Origin: Selaginella moellendorffii
Lineage: Eukaryota > Plantae > Lycopodiophyta
Assembly: GCF_000143415.4 (NCBI RefSeq)
Contig: NW_003314371.1
Coordinates: 265,380-329,379, forward strand
DNA length: 64,000 bases
Direction: 5' to 3'
Both the position numbers and the translations under genes were made by a program. The notes beneath the pieces were generated by a model. The model saw nothing but the letters and a program-made list of their open reading frames with translations, had not been told where the DNA came from and did not search any database. This document shows, one piece after another, positions 49,695 to 62,800 of this stretch (positions are counted from its first letter, which is position 1; each line of letters starts with the position of its first letter).

Positions 49695-50500
49695 GGACCT
49701 TCTGCGCTTGACGAGCAGAAGTCCGGCAACTCCCAGGATCAAAAACACTGGCACCACAACACCAGCCACAATGGCTGCTGTGTTGCCTGATCCGCCACTG
49801 CCACCGCCTGAAAGAACGAATTCTCTTCTAGCTCAAAGCTTTGATTTGTACCTGGAGTGCTAGCAGGAGTTGGAGGGGGAACCACTGGAGGTGGAGCTGG
49901 AGCGGAGGCATTTGGACCCAATATTCCTAGCGTCCCTGGATAAACAATGATGGAAGAACTTTGACATTGGAAAGAAACAAGGAAAAACTTTGAGGCAAGA
50001 AACCAAGAAGCAAACCCGATGGCAAGTCTCTCGTAAAATTGCTATTCTCGAACCGCATGTTGCATCTTTGTGCTGTGGAATTCCTCCAGAAACGGGCACC
50101 AATTGGAAATCTCTGAGTGAAACTCAATGAATCCATCGTCTAGAAGTTGATCGAAACTTACAGTTCGGACATTGGCATACGTCTGCTGGATGCAAGATGA
50201 GCAGCTGGGCTGGTCCGACATGTTGTAGCAAGCCGTGTGCGCGTAGGCGATGTTGGGAAACGCACCATATCCGAGAGAAGTTGCAAATCCATTGGAGGGA
50301 TTGAACCCCTGGAGGAATTCGAAGACTGTGTCGAGATTTCGCTGGAATGGGCTGCCTTCGCTGGTGTTGGCGGTGTTGTAGTAGAGAACGTTTGGTAGTT
50401 GACCTGGATCCGTGACGTCCACTGGTCGCTGCTGCTGTGCTGCGAGAGGCCGTGTGCCAAAACAAAGAATGAGAAGAAGAACCCACCACAAGCAGCTCAT
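48333..50500 (-). CDS. Single-DUF26 cysteine-rich receptor-like kinase (sdCRK), copy B; multi-exon
   Basis: Same exon structure and kinase motifs as copy A, with six amino-acid differences in the DUF26 ectodomain. Confidence 0.9.
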
Positions 50501-50562
50501 CTCTAATCCTATATTTCCCTCCCGGCCATAGATCATACATCTAGTTTTGTCAGGATTTCATC

Positions 50563-52179
50563 TTATATGATTTTTACCCTCGCTTGCTCGTAAAGTGCGT
50601 TTAACAGTTCCATGTCATGTCCATTGTCTCGATCGAGATTAGAGCTTCTCCTTCGCGAATTATCAGCTGGGGGACCCGAGGTCGAGGTAGCCGAGCAACA
50701 TCGCCAAAACGTCGCCCATTGCCGGTCGAAGCTCTCCAGTCTTGGGTGCAAAGCAAAGCAACGTGAAGCGTTCTGTGGACTTCCTCGGCGACATAGTCAT
50801 TCCCGACTCTCTCATCGACGCACTCGTCCAATCTCCCAGCCTCGCTCAAGTTCCAAGCCTACACCACAGTGTCACCGTTAAGTTTGTATGGAAGTTATCG
50901 ATACAATGCCAAACTTTCGAGCGGCACCAGCAGTTCTTCCTTGTCCGGGCGTGTTATGTCCACGCGAGCACGACTCCAAAGTTGAACAGTCGGCCTTGGA
51001 CCCACCAATCAGACAAACTTAACACGCACAGAACTTAAAAACTTAAAGGTGCCAGCCACGTTTGCGCTCTTGAAACCTTTCTCGAAGTCAAAGAGCTTGG
51101 AGATCCCAAAGTCTGCGATTTTGGGCTCCAAAGTGCTGGTCAAGAGGATGTTGCTGGCTTTGATGTCTGATTCGAGAAGATCGCCACAAATAAAAAGGGA
51201 GAGAAGAGAACGAACAAAGAAAACCAAGAACACGCAAGAACACAAGCAGCGACACGAATCCGATCGAAAGGCGACCGCCGTGTAGATATGCAAGGCCACT
51301 GGTGGGCAATCTGGAAGAGAGAAGGACCGCTTCTTTGGTTCCTATCATGATCAAATATGAAAGTGAAAAAGGATGAACAACTTACCAGGCTCCCTTGCTC
51401 CAAAAATTCATAGACAAGAAACCTGTCGTCCCCTATCCTTTGAGCCTCACAAGGTTCTTATGCTGGACGCTGGAGCTCATTCACAAACTCCTTATCTCCT
51501 TGTAGCGAGAGCTTCTTTACTGCCATCGGCCTACAAAAAAAGCTACATGAAACCAATTTTAGCTTTCCACCTTGCTTTCCTTCACTTTTGATCTCCTATT
51601 CCCTTGCTAACAAGAACACCCCAAGAACAGCACAAACAAAACAAAGCACGGCTCCTCCCACCACAGCACCAGGTATAACGCCCTTTCTCCTCCCAGCTGG
51701 AGCTAGAGCTGGATTTAGAGATGAAATGTTTGGACCCGGAGTACAAGGAGGAGAGTTATTACTCAAACTTTTATGGTTTTACCAGGAACGATCGCAAAGC
51801 TGAAAGGATCGTATCTCATGCGACCTTTGAAAGGTCTGGTTGATCCAAATGATACCACCAGTGGCATATCAAAGAAGGATGTTCATGTAGGCGTCCTGGA
51901 TGCACTGTCCACAGCTCGGCTGGTCGGACATGTTGTAGCAAACACTGTGTGCGTAGACAGGGTTTGGGAAGCCGCCATAGCCAAGGCTTGCTGCATAGCC
52001 GTCTGGCGGATTGTGCTTGTAGAGGAACTCCAGGACGGCCACCACATTTCGCTGGTAAGTGCTGTTCGCGCTGGTGTTTGTTGGGAAGTAGTATACCAGA
52101 TTTGGCTCTGTGTCTGGGTTTGGATCGTCTGGTGAGCTAACGAGCGGCCAGCGACACATGCCAAGATCAGCCACAGCAT
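50563..52179 (-). pseudogene. Decayed sdCRK paralogue
   Basis: [11 protein letters not shown] signal, DUF26 [41 protein letters not shown]...DFGISKLF and EEVHRTLHVALLCTQ, fragmented by frameshifts and deletions. Confidence 0.85.
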
Positions 52180-52843
52180 CCTACATTCTGCGGCTGGAAC
52201 TAGAACTCTACATTTCGTTTTTCAACTCTTGCATTTTTTTCTCACTGCGAGAGTTCCATCTCAACTTCGGGCAATCAAAATGTCAGGAGGAGAAAAAGTC
52301 AATGAGCACGATTGCTCAAGCTTTCAACGCTGGCAAAGAATGAATTGCAGCTCTAGTGGACAAATGGTCAAGATATTGAGGTGCTTGACGTTGTCATTAG
52401 TGCGACAAATAGCTGGATCCAGCTCGTGGAGTTTCAACTTCACGATCTCTACGGACAAGCCAAGGAAAACCTACTACGCGGTTTGTCCAGGGAATCGCTA
52501 GTACTTATACTTGTCCGGGAGCTCAGTACCTGGCCAAAGTGAAGGTTTTTATAATCGTGGCTAATTAACAGCTTCTTGCCCAACTCAAAAACCTAGAGCT
52601 GTTACTATACTCCTATATTTCCAACTCAAAGAACACGATGAAGTGGCGTGGATGGCGCTCATCACTGGGTTTGCGCAGCAGAAAGGTTGCAAGATTGCAA
52701 GCTAACACGATGGTTTAAGAGAAACTCTAGTAAAATGTGTTCGATCCAGCTTCAGCGTACCTTTCTTCTTTATTTCCTCAGCTTGAGACGACTTGGACAA
52801 GATCTTAAAGTCGGCAGAGTCCGGAAACTTCCGACACTTTTGC

Positions 52844-54873
52844 TCAACGCGGCATGTCCATGGAATTCAAGTAATCGCTACTTGTACTCGTTGAGGAGCT
52901 CATTACCTGGCCAAAGTGAAAGGGAGCTTGAGTGGGAAGAGCGCCAATCTCGAGATATCCCAGCAACATGGCCACAACGTCACTCATTGTTGGTCGAGCT
53001 TCCTCATGTTCTTGCGTACACAGCATGGCAACACGGAGCAGTCTAGAAACCTCCTCCACCGCGTAGTCACCGCCCAGCCTCTTGTCAATGCATTCACTCA
53101 TCCTGTTTGCCATGACGAGTTTCCAAGACTGCAGCTATGACAGTATTGGTTATCGGTTCTAATTTGATCGACTTACCAGTTGAAGTAAGAGCTCTTCTTC
53201 GGCTGGCAATGCCGGATCCACGCACTTTCTGCCGCTGGCGATCTCCAGGACGAGGATTCCATAGCTGAAGACATCAGCTTTGGTCGTCAATCGCCCGCGA
53301 GTTGCGTACTCGGGTGCCATGTATCCACTAGAAGAATGGCGTGAGTTTCGTCCAGACTGTGGAAGGAAGAGGAGATCAAACTTACAGTGTGCCGGCCACC
53401 TTTGTGCTCGTGAAGCCGAAGCCTTTGTCCAAGTCGAAGAGCTTTGATATCCCAAAGTCGGAGATCTTTGGCTGCAGCTTGTCGTCCAAGAGGATGTTGC
53501 TGGCTTTGATGTCTCTGTGGATAATCTGAACATGAGACTCCTCGTGCAAGTAAGCAAGACCCCGAGCTATCCCAATGGCGATTTGAAAGCGTGAGTGCCA
53601 GTCAAGGACCACATTTGATCCAGAACCTGCGGATGGAATTTTTAATTTTGTTAGAAGGAGAAACAAAGGAAGCAAAAGATTATTACTGAAGAGCGCTCGG
53701 TCAAGGCTGCCTTTGTTGAGGAACTCGTAGACGAGCAGCCTTTCATCTGCCTCGACACAATAGCCTTTGAGCCTTACAAGATTTCGGTGTTGGATTCCTG
53801 TGATAATGGTGATCTCGTTCACGAACTCTCTGTTGCCTTGGTTGGACTGCAACGAGAGCTTCTTCACTGCTACTTGCGAGCCATTGTTTAAGGTGGCCTA
53901 CAACATTTAGACAGATAGTTCTACTGTGCGACTTCACATAAAAAACAACTAACCTTGTAAACGGTTCCAAATCCACCTTGACCGAGCTTGCTTTCCACAG
54001 AGAACCCCCTGGTCGCCGCACACAAATCCTTGTAAGAAAAGACCACATGGAGACCTTGATCAAGGTGGGTCCATCTTCAGCAAGTTAGAAGCACTTCAGA
54101 TTTCCTTACCCTTGATGATCCCAAAGTCTTCGCATTTCTCCGATTTCTCCGATTCTCTTCTTCGCCTTGTTAACAAGAAGAACCCAAGAACAGCACAAAC
54201 AAAACAAAACACAGCTCCTCCCACCACAGCACCAGCTATCACGCCATTTCTCGTCCCAGCATTTTGCTTGCCAGTAGCTGGAGCTGGATCTGGAGGAGCT
54301 GGAGCTGGAGCTGGAGCTGGATCTGGATCTGGATCTGGACCTAAAGCTAGACCTGGACCTGGTGCTGGAGCTGGAGATGAAATGTTTGGACCCACAATGC
54401 CCAAAGTACCTAGAAGAAAAAGAAGAACGAAGGTATTGCACTTAAATTTTTGTGGTCTTACCAGGAACGATCTCAAAGCTGGAAGGATCGTATCTCATGC
54501 GGCACCTTTGAAAGGTTTGGTTGATCCAAATCGCACCACCAACGGCATACAGATTAACACTTTGGATGTTCGTGTAGGCGTTCTGGATGCACTGTCCACA
54601 GCTCGGCTGGTCGGACATGTTGTAGCAGCCACTGTGCGCGTAGACAGCGTTTGGGAAGCCGCCATAGCCAAGGCTCGTTGCATAGCCGTCTGGGGGATTG
54701 TTCTTGTAGAGGAACTCCATGACAGCCACCACATTTCGCTGGTAAGTGCTGTTGGCGCTGGTGTTGATTTGGTTGTAGTAGACCACATTTGGCTGTGTGC
54801 CTGGGTTTGGATCGTCTGGTGGCGCTCGAGCTACCGAGCAGCCAGCGACACACGCCAGGATCAGCCACAGCAT
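52844..54873 (-). CDS. Single-DUF26 cysteine-rich receptor-like kinase with Pro-Ala/Pro-Asp repeat stalk; multi-exon
   Basis: [11 protein letters not shown] signal, DUF26 ([13 protein letters not shown]...RCRMRYD), PAPAPGPG...[16 protein letters not shown] stalk, TM helix, [44 protein letters not shown]. Confidence 0.9.
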
Positions 54874-57079
54874 CCTAGAGTCTGTTGTTAAAACTCTACA
54901 TTTCCTTTTTGGTTGCATTTTTTTTTTCACTGTCCGTCTTGAGACTTGCTATGGCGTGCAAAAGGGTGAGTGTTACTGTGGCAGATTTCACTCACAATAC
55001 AGTGTCCATGTGGCAGTTTTCTATTGGTTCGGCATTAAATGTCATTTGGATGCCTCATGAATACCCCATGGATGTTGGCCCGATAGGTTATTGTCCCCAT
55101 AATATGAACAATGTGCTATACATAGATGCCACATATCATCAAATTTGACCCCATAAGATAGGGATTCATCAGGTCATAGGGCTTAGGTGATGCGTTGTGC
55201 AAAAGGGCGGTCGCACATTGAGCATTGTGGGTCAGCGCAGCGCAGCACCCTCGCTCTCTCTGGCCTAGGGCACCCACGAATGATGATGAATTTGTAGGAG
55301 ACCTTCTTTGCCTTAGCGCCCTGCTTTAGTGCTCTGTTATTCTATGCTTTATAAAATCTGTTTTTGGCTATGGTGTAGGGGATATTTCGGGTGGTATGGA
55401 GAGCTGCAGTGATGCTAGGGATTGATAGCAATGGCCGCGATCACAGCTCCAGATTCCAGTGTTCTGGAGCGATTCCATCACTTGTCATCACCTTCTCCCC
55501 TGCGTTGCCATCCAACTCGATGACCTCCATCCTCAAGAATTGCGGCGCAGGAGGATTCGACGATCGCCTAGACGCCGCAGCAGGTAACAATGGGAGCATT
55601 GATGATTGCGAACAGCACAGCGGCAGTTGGCAATGCGGGGAGGACATGGCGATGGCCGTCGATGATGATCAAGGCTGCCACACTCCCAAATTTTAGATGG
55701 AGTTCACTTATGCTTGCTATGAACACTATGTTAAAAGAGGTGTGCCAAAAAAGGATAATTCAGTTCTTTTGCCATGAGTGCCAAGAGCAAGATGTGAGAA
55801 TATAGTGCTCTAGATAAGGTAGTATGGTTCAATTGTCGATTTGGTTTGCAACATTAACAACTTGCTAGAATTCATGGGATGAATGGGCCATGAATGGCTC
55901 CATTCCATACATAGCATGGGTCATTGCTATGGGCATGATGCCCCATCCGGGGCATAAGGATTGGATATTCGTAAAATATTCTATGCCTGTGTTTTTTTCA
56001 CACTCATAATACATATGGACCAATAACAGGCATGTGAGTGAAATCCACCGTTGTAAAATCCACCCTTTTACGAATTGCATGCCATACTTGCAAAGAATGG
56101 GTTGTAGAATGAGACCTTGAATATATAAATTTGAAAGCAAAAATAATTTAAAGCAGTCAATTCAAATGTAAGACAGTGTGCTCATGTTTCCCTCATAACA
56201 TAGTTGAACGGAGAATGACTCAATAGAATATAGATGTTGTCCATCTGCAATGTAAGCAGCTAAGATCATTTAAATGTTGTAGATTGATCTCTTTTCATCC
56301 ATGTTTTGAAAGTTTGTTCCAATTAGGAGGGTATATGCCATGTTTGCCGAAAGGAGTTTGTGAAAGGAGATCCATTTGCAATCCATGCTATACCATCACC
56401 CAAGTTAATGCTGGTTGTCCAAGTTAATGGAAACCAAGATGGCATATATAGTAAGTTTGTTAAATCAAGATGCATGAGCAAGTGTGAGACATATTTGACA
56501 CTCTCAATATAAAAGCACCATGGCTGCCATCATATTGCTCGGAGAAGATGGTCCTAGAAGTGGCAAAAGGTGGAGATTGGAAAGATGGCATTTCTAGTTG
56601 ATAAAGATGAAGTTTGTACCAATTGAACGTGTGTTTTAATCCATATGGCACTAGGAGAAAAGATCCATTGGGATATTCCTTTGCAATTTGGGTGCCCACG
56701 ATCTTCACTATGAGACAAAGTATAGAAATCTAGTTTTAGGAGATTTGGTTGGGAATATGAAATATAAAGAGGAGGAGGATGACAAGGAGTTAGGTTGACC
56801 CTTACCTTTTTTCTCAAGCATCTAAAAGTGTTTTTGTAAAATTATAATGGAAAGTGTTTTCCAAAGGGATTTCATGGCTTGTCAATGGCAACATAGTGGC
56901 CTGAAGCTTGTGTGTGAGCATTCCACAGCCTACTAGTGGCAATATAGTAAGCTTGAAATAGTGATTTTGAATCTAAGAGTGTTTTTGAGAGATATTTTAC
57001 TAGGAGGATTTAGAGGTTTTGAGGGAGAATTCTACAGTAGGAGAGAGTGGTTCATAGCTTATTAACAGCAATGCAATGG

Positions 57080-59070
57080 CAATCAATAGAAAAGCATTCT
57101 TAATCTACTTCCTACAAGGGTGTGTGACAATGGGGCAATTGGGGGTAATTGCACGTTGCGTAACACTTTGGAACCTCCATTTTACTAGTTCTATGGTGGT
57201 TTGTAGCAAGCTAGTGAAAACATAGTGGCCCCAACTCCTCCCCTCTTTCTTTATCCTTTCTCGAATAAGATTCCTCCTATATAATGCAACAAGGAATTGG
57301 GGCTCTTAGTTTGACTAATTGGTCATTCTAGCTAACAAGTGAGTTGGGTAGTCTTGAATTTGCCTAGCCTCTATTGTTGTAGTTACTTTCATGTGTTTTA
57401 GAGGGACTTGCTTAAGTGGGCCACATGGCAAATTTAGGATATTCCACAAACACATGGGGAAATAGTGGTGAACTTCATTGTTTGGTATACCTTGGTATCA
57501 GAGAAAAGAGTTAACATTTTGCATATATAAATGTAGGGGAGGAGTTTGGAAGATTTTGCTATTCTTTAATCTAGAAAGTAGTGAGTTGGTTTGGAAAGAT
57601 TTTCAAAATAATTACACTAATGCTATGTTTATTTACCCTTGTCTCGTGGTATCTATGAGAATGGTAAATGAAAGTTTAATTTCTAAAGCATTAGAGGACA
57701 ATTCTTGGAGAAAATCTAAGTAACACACTTAGATTAAACATCAATAAAGAAGAATTAGTCAAAAAGGAGGTGATAAAAGGATTCCAACCATCCATTAGTG
57801 GACTTATAAAAGGTGCTACAATAACATCACCAACAGCAATAATGCCAATAGCTAAGCTACCAAGAGGGTGGTTAAAACAATGGATTCTTCAATAAAGAAA
57901 AATTCCAAAATCTAGGACTATAGTAAACCAAGAGGAGCTATCATATGATGATTTCACCTCCTTCTATAGGGTTAGAGAATTTTATAAAGGAAGAAGGCAT
58001 AGATTTTAATTGGCATTTGGTAGAGCAACTTCATAATGCCATAATAGGAAATTCTTATAGGTGAAAGTGTGGAATCATAAGAGTCCTTTAAAATTTGGTT
58101 ATGGAGGTGGAAGTAATAACCATGGGGGATGAAAATTGCAATCCTCACTATTAAATCATTTAGAAAGTTCCAATAATGAGAACACCAACAACCCAAGGGC
58201 ATATGAAAAGAGGATGTGGCCAAGAGGTGGGGTATTTGCTTTAAGGATCAATCAATTTATAATTAAGGGGGTTTAGGGGATCTAGAAGATGCTTCTAGAC
58301 CCCTTGATAAAGGAACTTCCATTTTGGTTAGAATGTAAAAGAATTGGACTAGGTAGATACTTAAATGTTCACTAAAAAGAAGATCTTTATGTTCTAGCTA
58401 CTTATAATTTTATATTTGGTGCGTTTGTTTATAAAGGATCACTAAAATGTTCAAAGGGTTAAAAAACCTTGTTGCACTATATGAATGTGATGCCACTATC
58501 TTTGGCAACTTTAAATTGCCTAACTTTAAACCAGATGCAAAATTGGTTGGCAACCCTTTTTACAACAAAATAGGTGAATGGCTGGTTAGCCTAGAACACT
58601 TTTCTATGGACTAAAATTGTAATATCCACTAGAGTCTAGTGAAAGTTTGGAGATTAGTTTTTCAATTTAGATAGTTAAAGGCTCCTACATGAGCTTGCGA
58701 GAAGGACTCAAAAGGACAGTGAGATTGTCTAAACTTTTGCAAATGCCCTAAGTCAATTTGTATGTTCGAGAATAATGTTCTTAATCTACTTTTTGCAAGG
58801 TTATGTGATAGTGGGGCAATTAAGAATGGCTTGTATCCAACTAATGGAAACATAATAGCCCCAAACCATCCCCTCCCCTTAAAGTACCTTTCTTCATCCT
58901 CTCTTGCACAAAATTCTTTTTGCATAATGCAATAAGGATAGCTTGACCAATTAATCTTTCTAATCAATAAGTGAGTTGGGTAGCTTTGGATTTGTCTAAC
59001 CTCCCATGCTGTAGCTACCCAAGTGGGCCACATGGGAGATTTAGGATATTCCATGGACACATGGGTGAGT
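57080..59070. repeat. Two degenerate direct repeats (~57080-57470 and ~58770-59070) in unclassified decayed, probably TE-derived DNA
   Basis: Collinear shared blocks ttcttaatctactt, ataatgcaa.aagga, aagtgagttgggtag and aagtgggccacatgg...atttaggatattcca...acacatggg. Confidence 0.6.
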
Positions 59071-59374
59071 TTGACTACTTGGGTGGTAGAAGTTAAATCC
59101 AATGGGGAAGAGTTGAGATGTGGGAAAAACATGCATAGGTTCTCAAACACTAAGAAGAGTTTATTCTTGGCAAGTTAGTATCTTCTTTTAGTTCTCAAGG
59201 CACCAAGGTTGGGAGGATCATTCATGGCAATTTATCATGGCAAATGGTAGCAGTATGGTGGATTTTTTGATGGGATGAACAACAGAATGACCAAGGGCTT
59301 CCATGATCTAATTCTCTTGATCAGCTTGCTCCCTGGCATGATGCTAGAGACCATCTACAAAACTGAAACATAAA

Positions 59375-59551
59375 TGTCAATCCACTCTTGGCAAGCTCTG
59401 TAATCTGTGAACAATGCAATTCCCGAGTGGAGCATACACCCATCTGTGGCTGGAAAAGGGCAAGCTTGAATGGCTATAATAGATGGGTGTATGCTTCACT
59501 TGGGAATTGCATTGTTCACAGATTACAAAGCTTGCCTAGAGTGGATTGACA
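59375..59551. repeat. Long inverted repeat: 71-bp arms with 35-nt loop
   Basis: Arm 59375-59445 is the reverse complement of 59481-59551 at 67 of 71 positions. Confidence 0.9.
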
Positions 59552-59817
59552 CTTTTTAAGAATATACATGGTCATACATGGGTTGTATATTCTTAAGATA
59601 TAGAATGCATGTGTCAATGGTCCTGATTTACAAATAACATGCCATACCATGGACAGCTTGGAGTAAGTGCTTAAGCTGGTCCAGATGTGCTCAGAGACAA
59701 GCTTGCAGCATGTAACATGTTTAGAAATGTACGAGAGACATAAGTCTGTTAATGAATTTACTTAACAAATGAAGGCTAAACACAGTTTGTATTAGTGTTA
59801 ATTATGAAAATTGTAAT

Positions 59818-62800
59818 AGTGAGTGCATGGAATATGGAAATGGAATACAGAAATGTGCATATCAATTAGCCAAAAACCCTAACTTATATACAGAAGCGAG
59901 TAATCCGGATTGAAACCAATTCGACGGCTACCAAAATCCCACTATGCTAATATTAGTATACGGCATCGTAGCCGTACACTTGGCCCTTATATCATCCCCT
60001 CCTCTCGGAATAATGGAAGGCTATTAGGGTTCTCTTGTAAATGGGCCGGGATCTGGAGGAATATCAAGAGGAGGCATCGGCGGATCTATAGACGGTATTA
60101 ACTGCTCTTGATCCCTTTGTATGAAGCATTTCAACCGCTATACATGCACAATCTCCGGAGGATCGGCCTGCTAGACGTCATGCCGAACCTCATAAACTTG
60201 CGGTCCAACTTGCCGCAACACCCGATATGGTCCTTTCCACTGCGCAAGGAGCCCCTTAGATAAACCACGTACCGTAAGATGGGGAAAACGGACTAACACC
60301 AAATCATCCACTTTGTACTTTGCAGGTGGACGATGATGGGAGTTGTAGCACCGTTGTTGTCCCACTTGTATGCGGCCTAAGTGTTCGGCAGACTCTGCTC
60401 GAACAAGTGGAAGAATGCTCGTCAAATATTGATCCCATAACCTAGCATCAGGAGCTCATGGCAATCGCGAAGGTAAACCCAGCTCCGTTGGTAATATTGG
60501 ATCATGACCATATAAAAGTTTATATGGTGAAGCACCAACAAAACTCTACACCCCTGTGACATAGGCATACCAAAGAGACGGCAAATAACCATCCCAATCC
60601 GAATGCTGAAAGTTCGACTACTTTGCAATCATCCCTTTGAATGTCCGAACGAGCCGTTCCACCAGACCGTCTGATTGTGGATGATAAACACTTATAAAAG
60701 TGTGGCGTATCCCCAACTGAGACATCAAAACATGAAATACCTCAGCCATAAATGCAAGACCATTATCCAAAAGAATCCGCTCTGGACAAGAATGTTGGAA
60801 CACCACTTGATTGAGGAGAAAGTATCCAACAGCAGTTGCAGAGGCGCTAGCAAGAGCACCAACTTCCACCCAACGAGTCAAGTAGTCAGAAGCAATAATA
60901 ACATATTCATTGCTAGCAGTCGACCGTGGAAAAGGTCCCATAAAATCAAATGCCACCAACTCAAACGGACGGGAAATTGCAATTGACTCAAACCGTCCTT
61001 CCGTAGCACAAAGGGGAGTATTACGTGCTTGGCACCAAACGTAGCTACGCACATACTGGATAACATCATGTCGCATCTTTGGCCAATAGAAAGACCTACG
61101 CAGCTTCTCGGTCACACGACGATGTCCCATATACCCACCTAAAATAGGAGAATCATGGTAGGCATGGAGAAACTGCAGAATAAAGATAGAAGGTACCACC
61201 AGTCGTGAATGATCATTAGGATCCGTCCTCACAAAATAAAGAAGGCCATCTTCAAGGCGATATTGAGAATGTAAATGCCGGAAAAGCAAGTCATCAGCAA
61301 GTGATGCAGGATCCTCAAACGCATCTCGAAGCCTTCGAATCCACAGCTCAATCTTTTGAGCCTCGCGAACCTCATCAAGAGAAGGTAGATCTTGCTCTGT
61401 GCCTTGTGGACACTGAACATCAAGTATAGCAACCACCAACGGCACAGAATCCTCATTTAGAAAATCCACAGATGCTGGAACAACAGGCTCATCAGAAACA
61501 AGATAAAAGAGTGGAGAAGGAAGAGGAGCTCGAGAAAGGGCATCAGCATCAGCCATAGAACTCTTTGGGCGATGAACAACATCAAAATCATATATCTGAA
61601 GCTTTAAAGCCCACTGAGCAGTACGACCAACCAAGTTCTTCTGCTTCAATAATGAAATAACGGCAGCATGGTCACCTTCAAGTAACGTCTGAGAACCATG
61701 TAGATATGCATGAAGTTTCTCGAAACCCCAAACTGCCGCTAAACACTCCTTCTTTGTCGTGGAGTAGTTCACCTCCGCTAGTTGTAACATACGGCTTATA
61801 TATGCAATGGGATGATGCTAACCAAGCACACTTAGGCTCTCTTGCATTAACACAACTCCAAGACGAATATCAGAAGCATCAACGCGCAAAATAAAAAGTC
61901 GAGTGTAGTCAGGATATGCCAAAACCGGAGGAGTCATCAACAGCTCTTTGAGATCCATAAACACCTGCTCACAATCGGAAGACCAGATGAAAGATGACGT
62001 TGATGACTTCGGCAATGCTCACAACGGTGCAGTGCGATCAGAAAGATGATCCACAAAACGACCAAGATATTGCACCTTGCCCAGGAAGCACTGCACATCA
62101 TTCACACACTTCGGAGTAGGGAACTTTAGAACGGCTACGAGTTTGTCAGGATCAACTTGTAAACCCTCACGAGAAATACGGTACCCAAGATAAGTTGTGT
62201 CTTTGGACCTAAACACACACTTCGACCGCTTCAGCTTTAAACCAACATCCCGTAACCAATCCAACACTTTACACACATCACGAATGTGCTCTGCCCACGT
62301 CCCCTCCGAGTGAATCAAGACATCATTAATGAAGTCAGCAGTCACCTCTGGCATATCACAAAGAATTTCGTCCATCATCCGCTGGAAAGTTGCTGGAGCA
62401 TTGTTCAAACCAAACGGCATCACCAAGAACTCGTTCAAACCAAACGGTGTACGAAAATCAGTCTTAGGAATATCTTCGTTGGCCATCGGTACTTGCCAGT
62501 ACCCAGAAGCAAGATCTAGCTTGGTGAACCAACGACTTCGCCCCAGACGATCCAAAAAATCAACAGTGTGAAGAAGAGGGTACACATCTGGGATCGTCAC
62601 TTCATTTAACAGACAATAGTCGATGTAGAAACGAATACTCCCATCAGGCTTTGTCACAAGATGAGGTTCACATGCCCAAGGACTCTGCGACTTCCGAATA
62701 ACACCCTTCTCCAACATGTCCTTGATGTTTGCATATAAAATCTTGATCTCCTTGGGTGACCGACAATGAACAAGAACCTTGATTGGATGAGCATCCCCGG

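Larger units (their letters stand above)
45965..50590. repeat. Segmental duplication, copy B (EDS1-family gene + CRK); matches 37109-41739
   Basis: Near-identical to copy A apart from a 3-bp indel (FCTSG vs FCSTSG) and a few substitutions; the first ~220 bp are more diverged. Confidence 0.97.

Noticed and set aside
55000-59300. Short ORFs suggesting genes between the CRK and the Gypsy element
   Set aside because: Fragmented, CpG-depleted and internally repeated; most likely old TE debris that I cannot classify.
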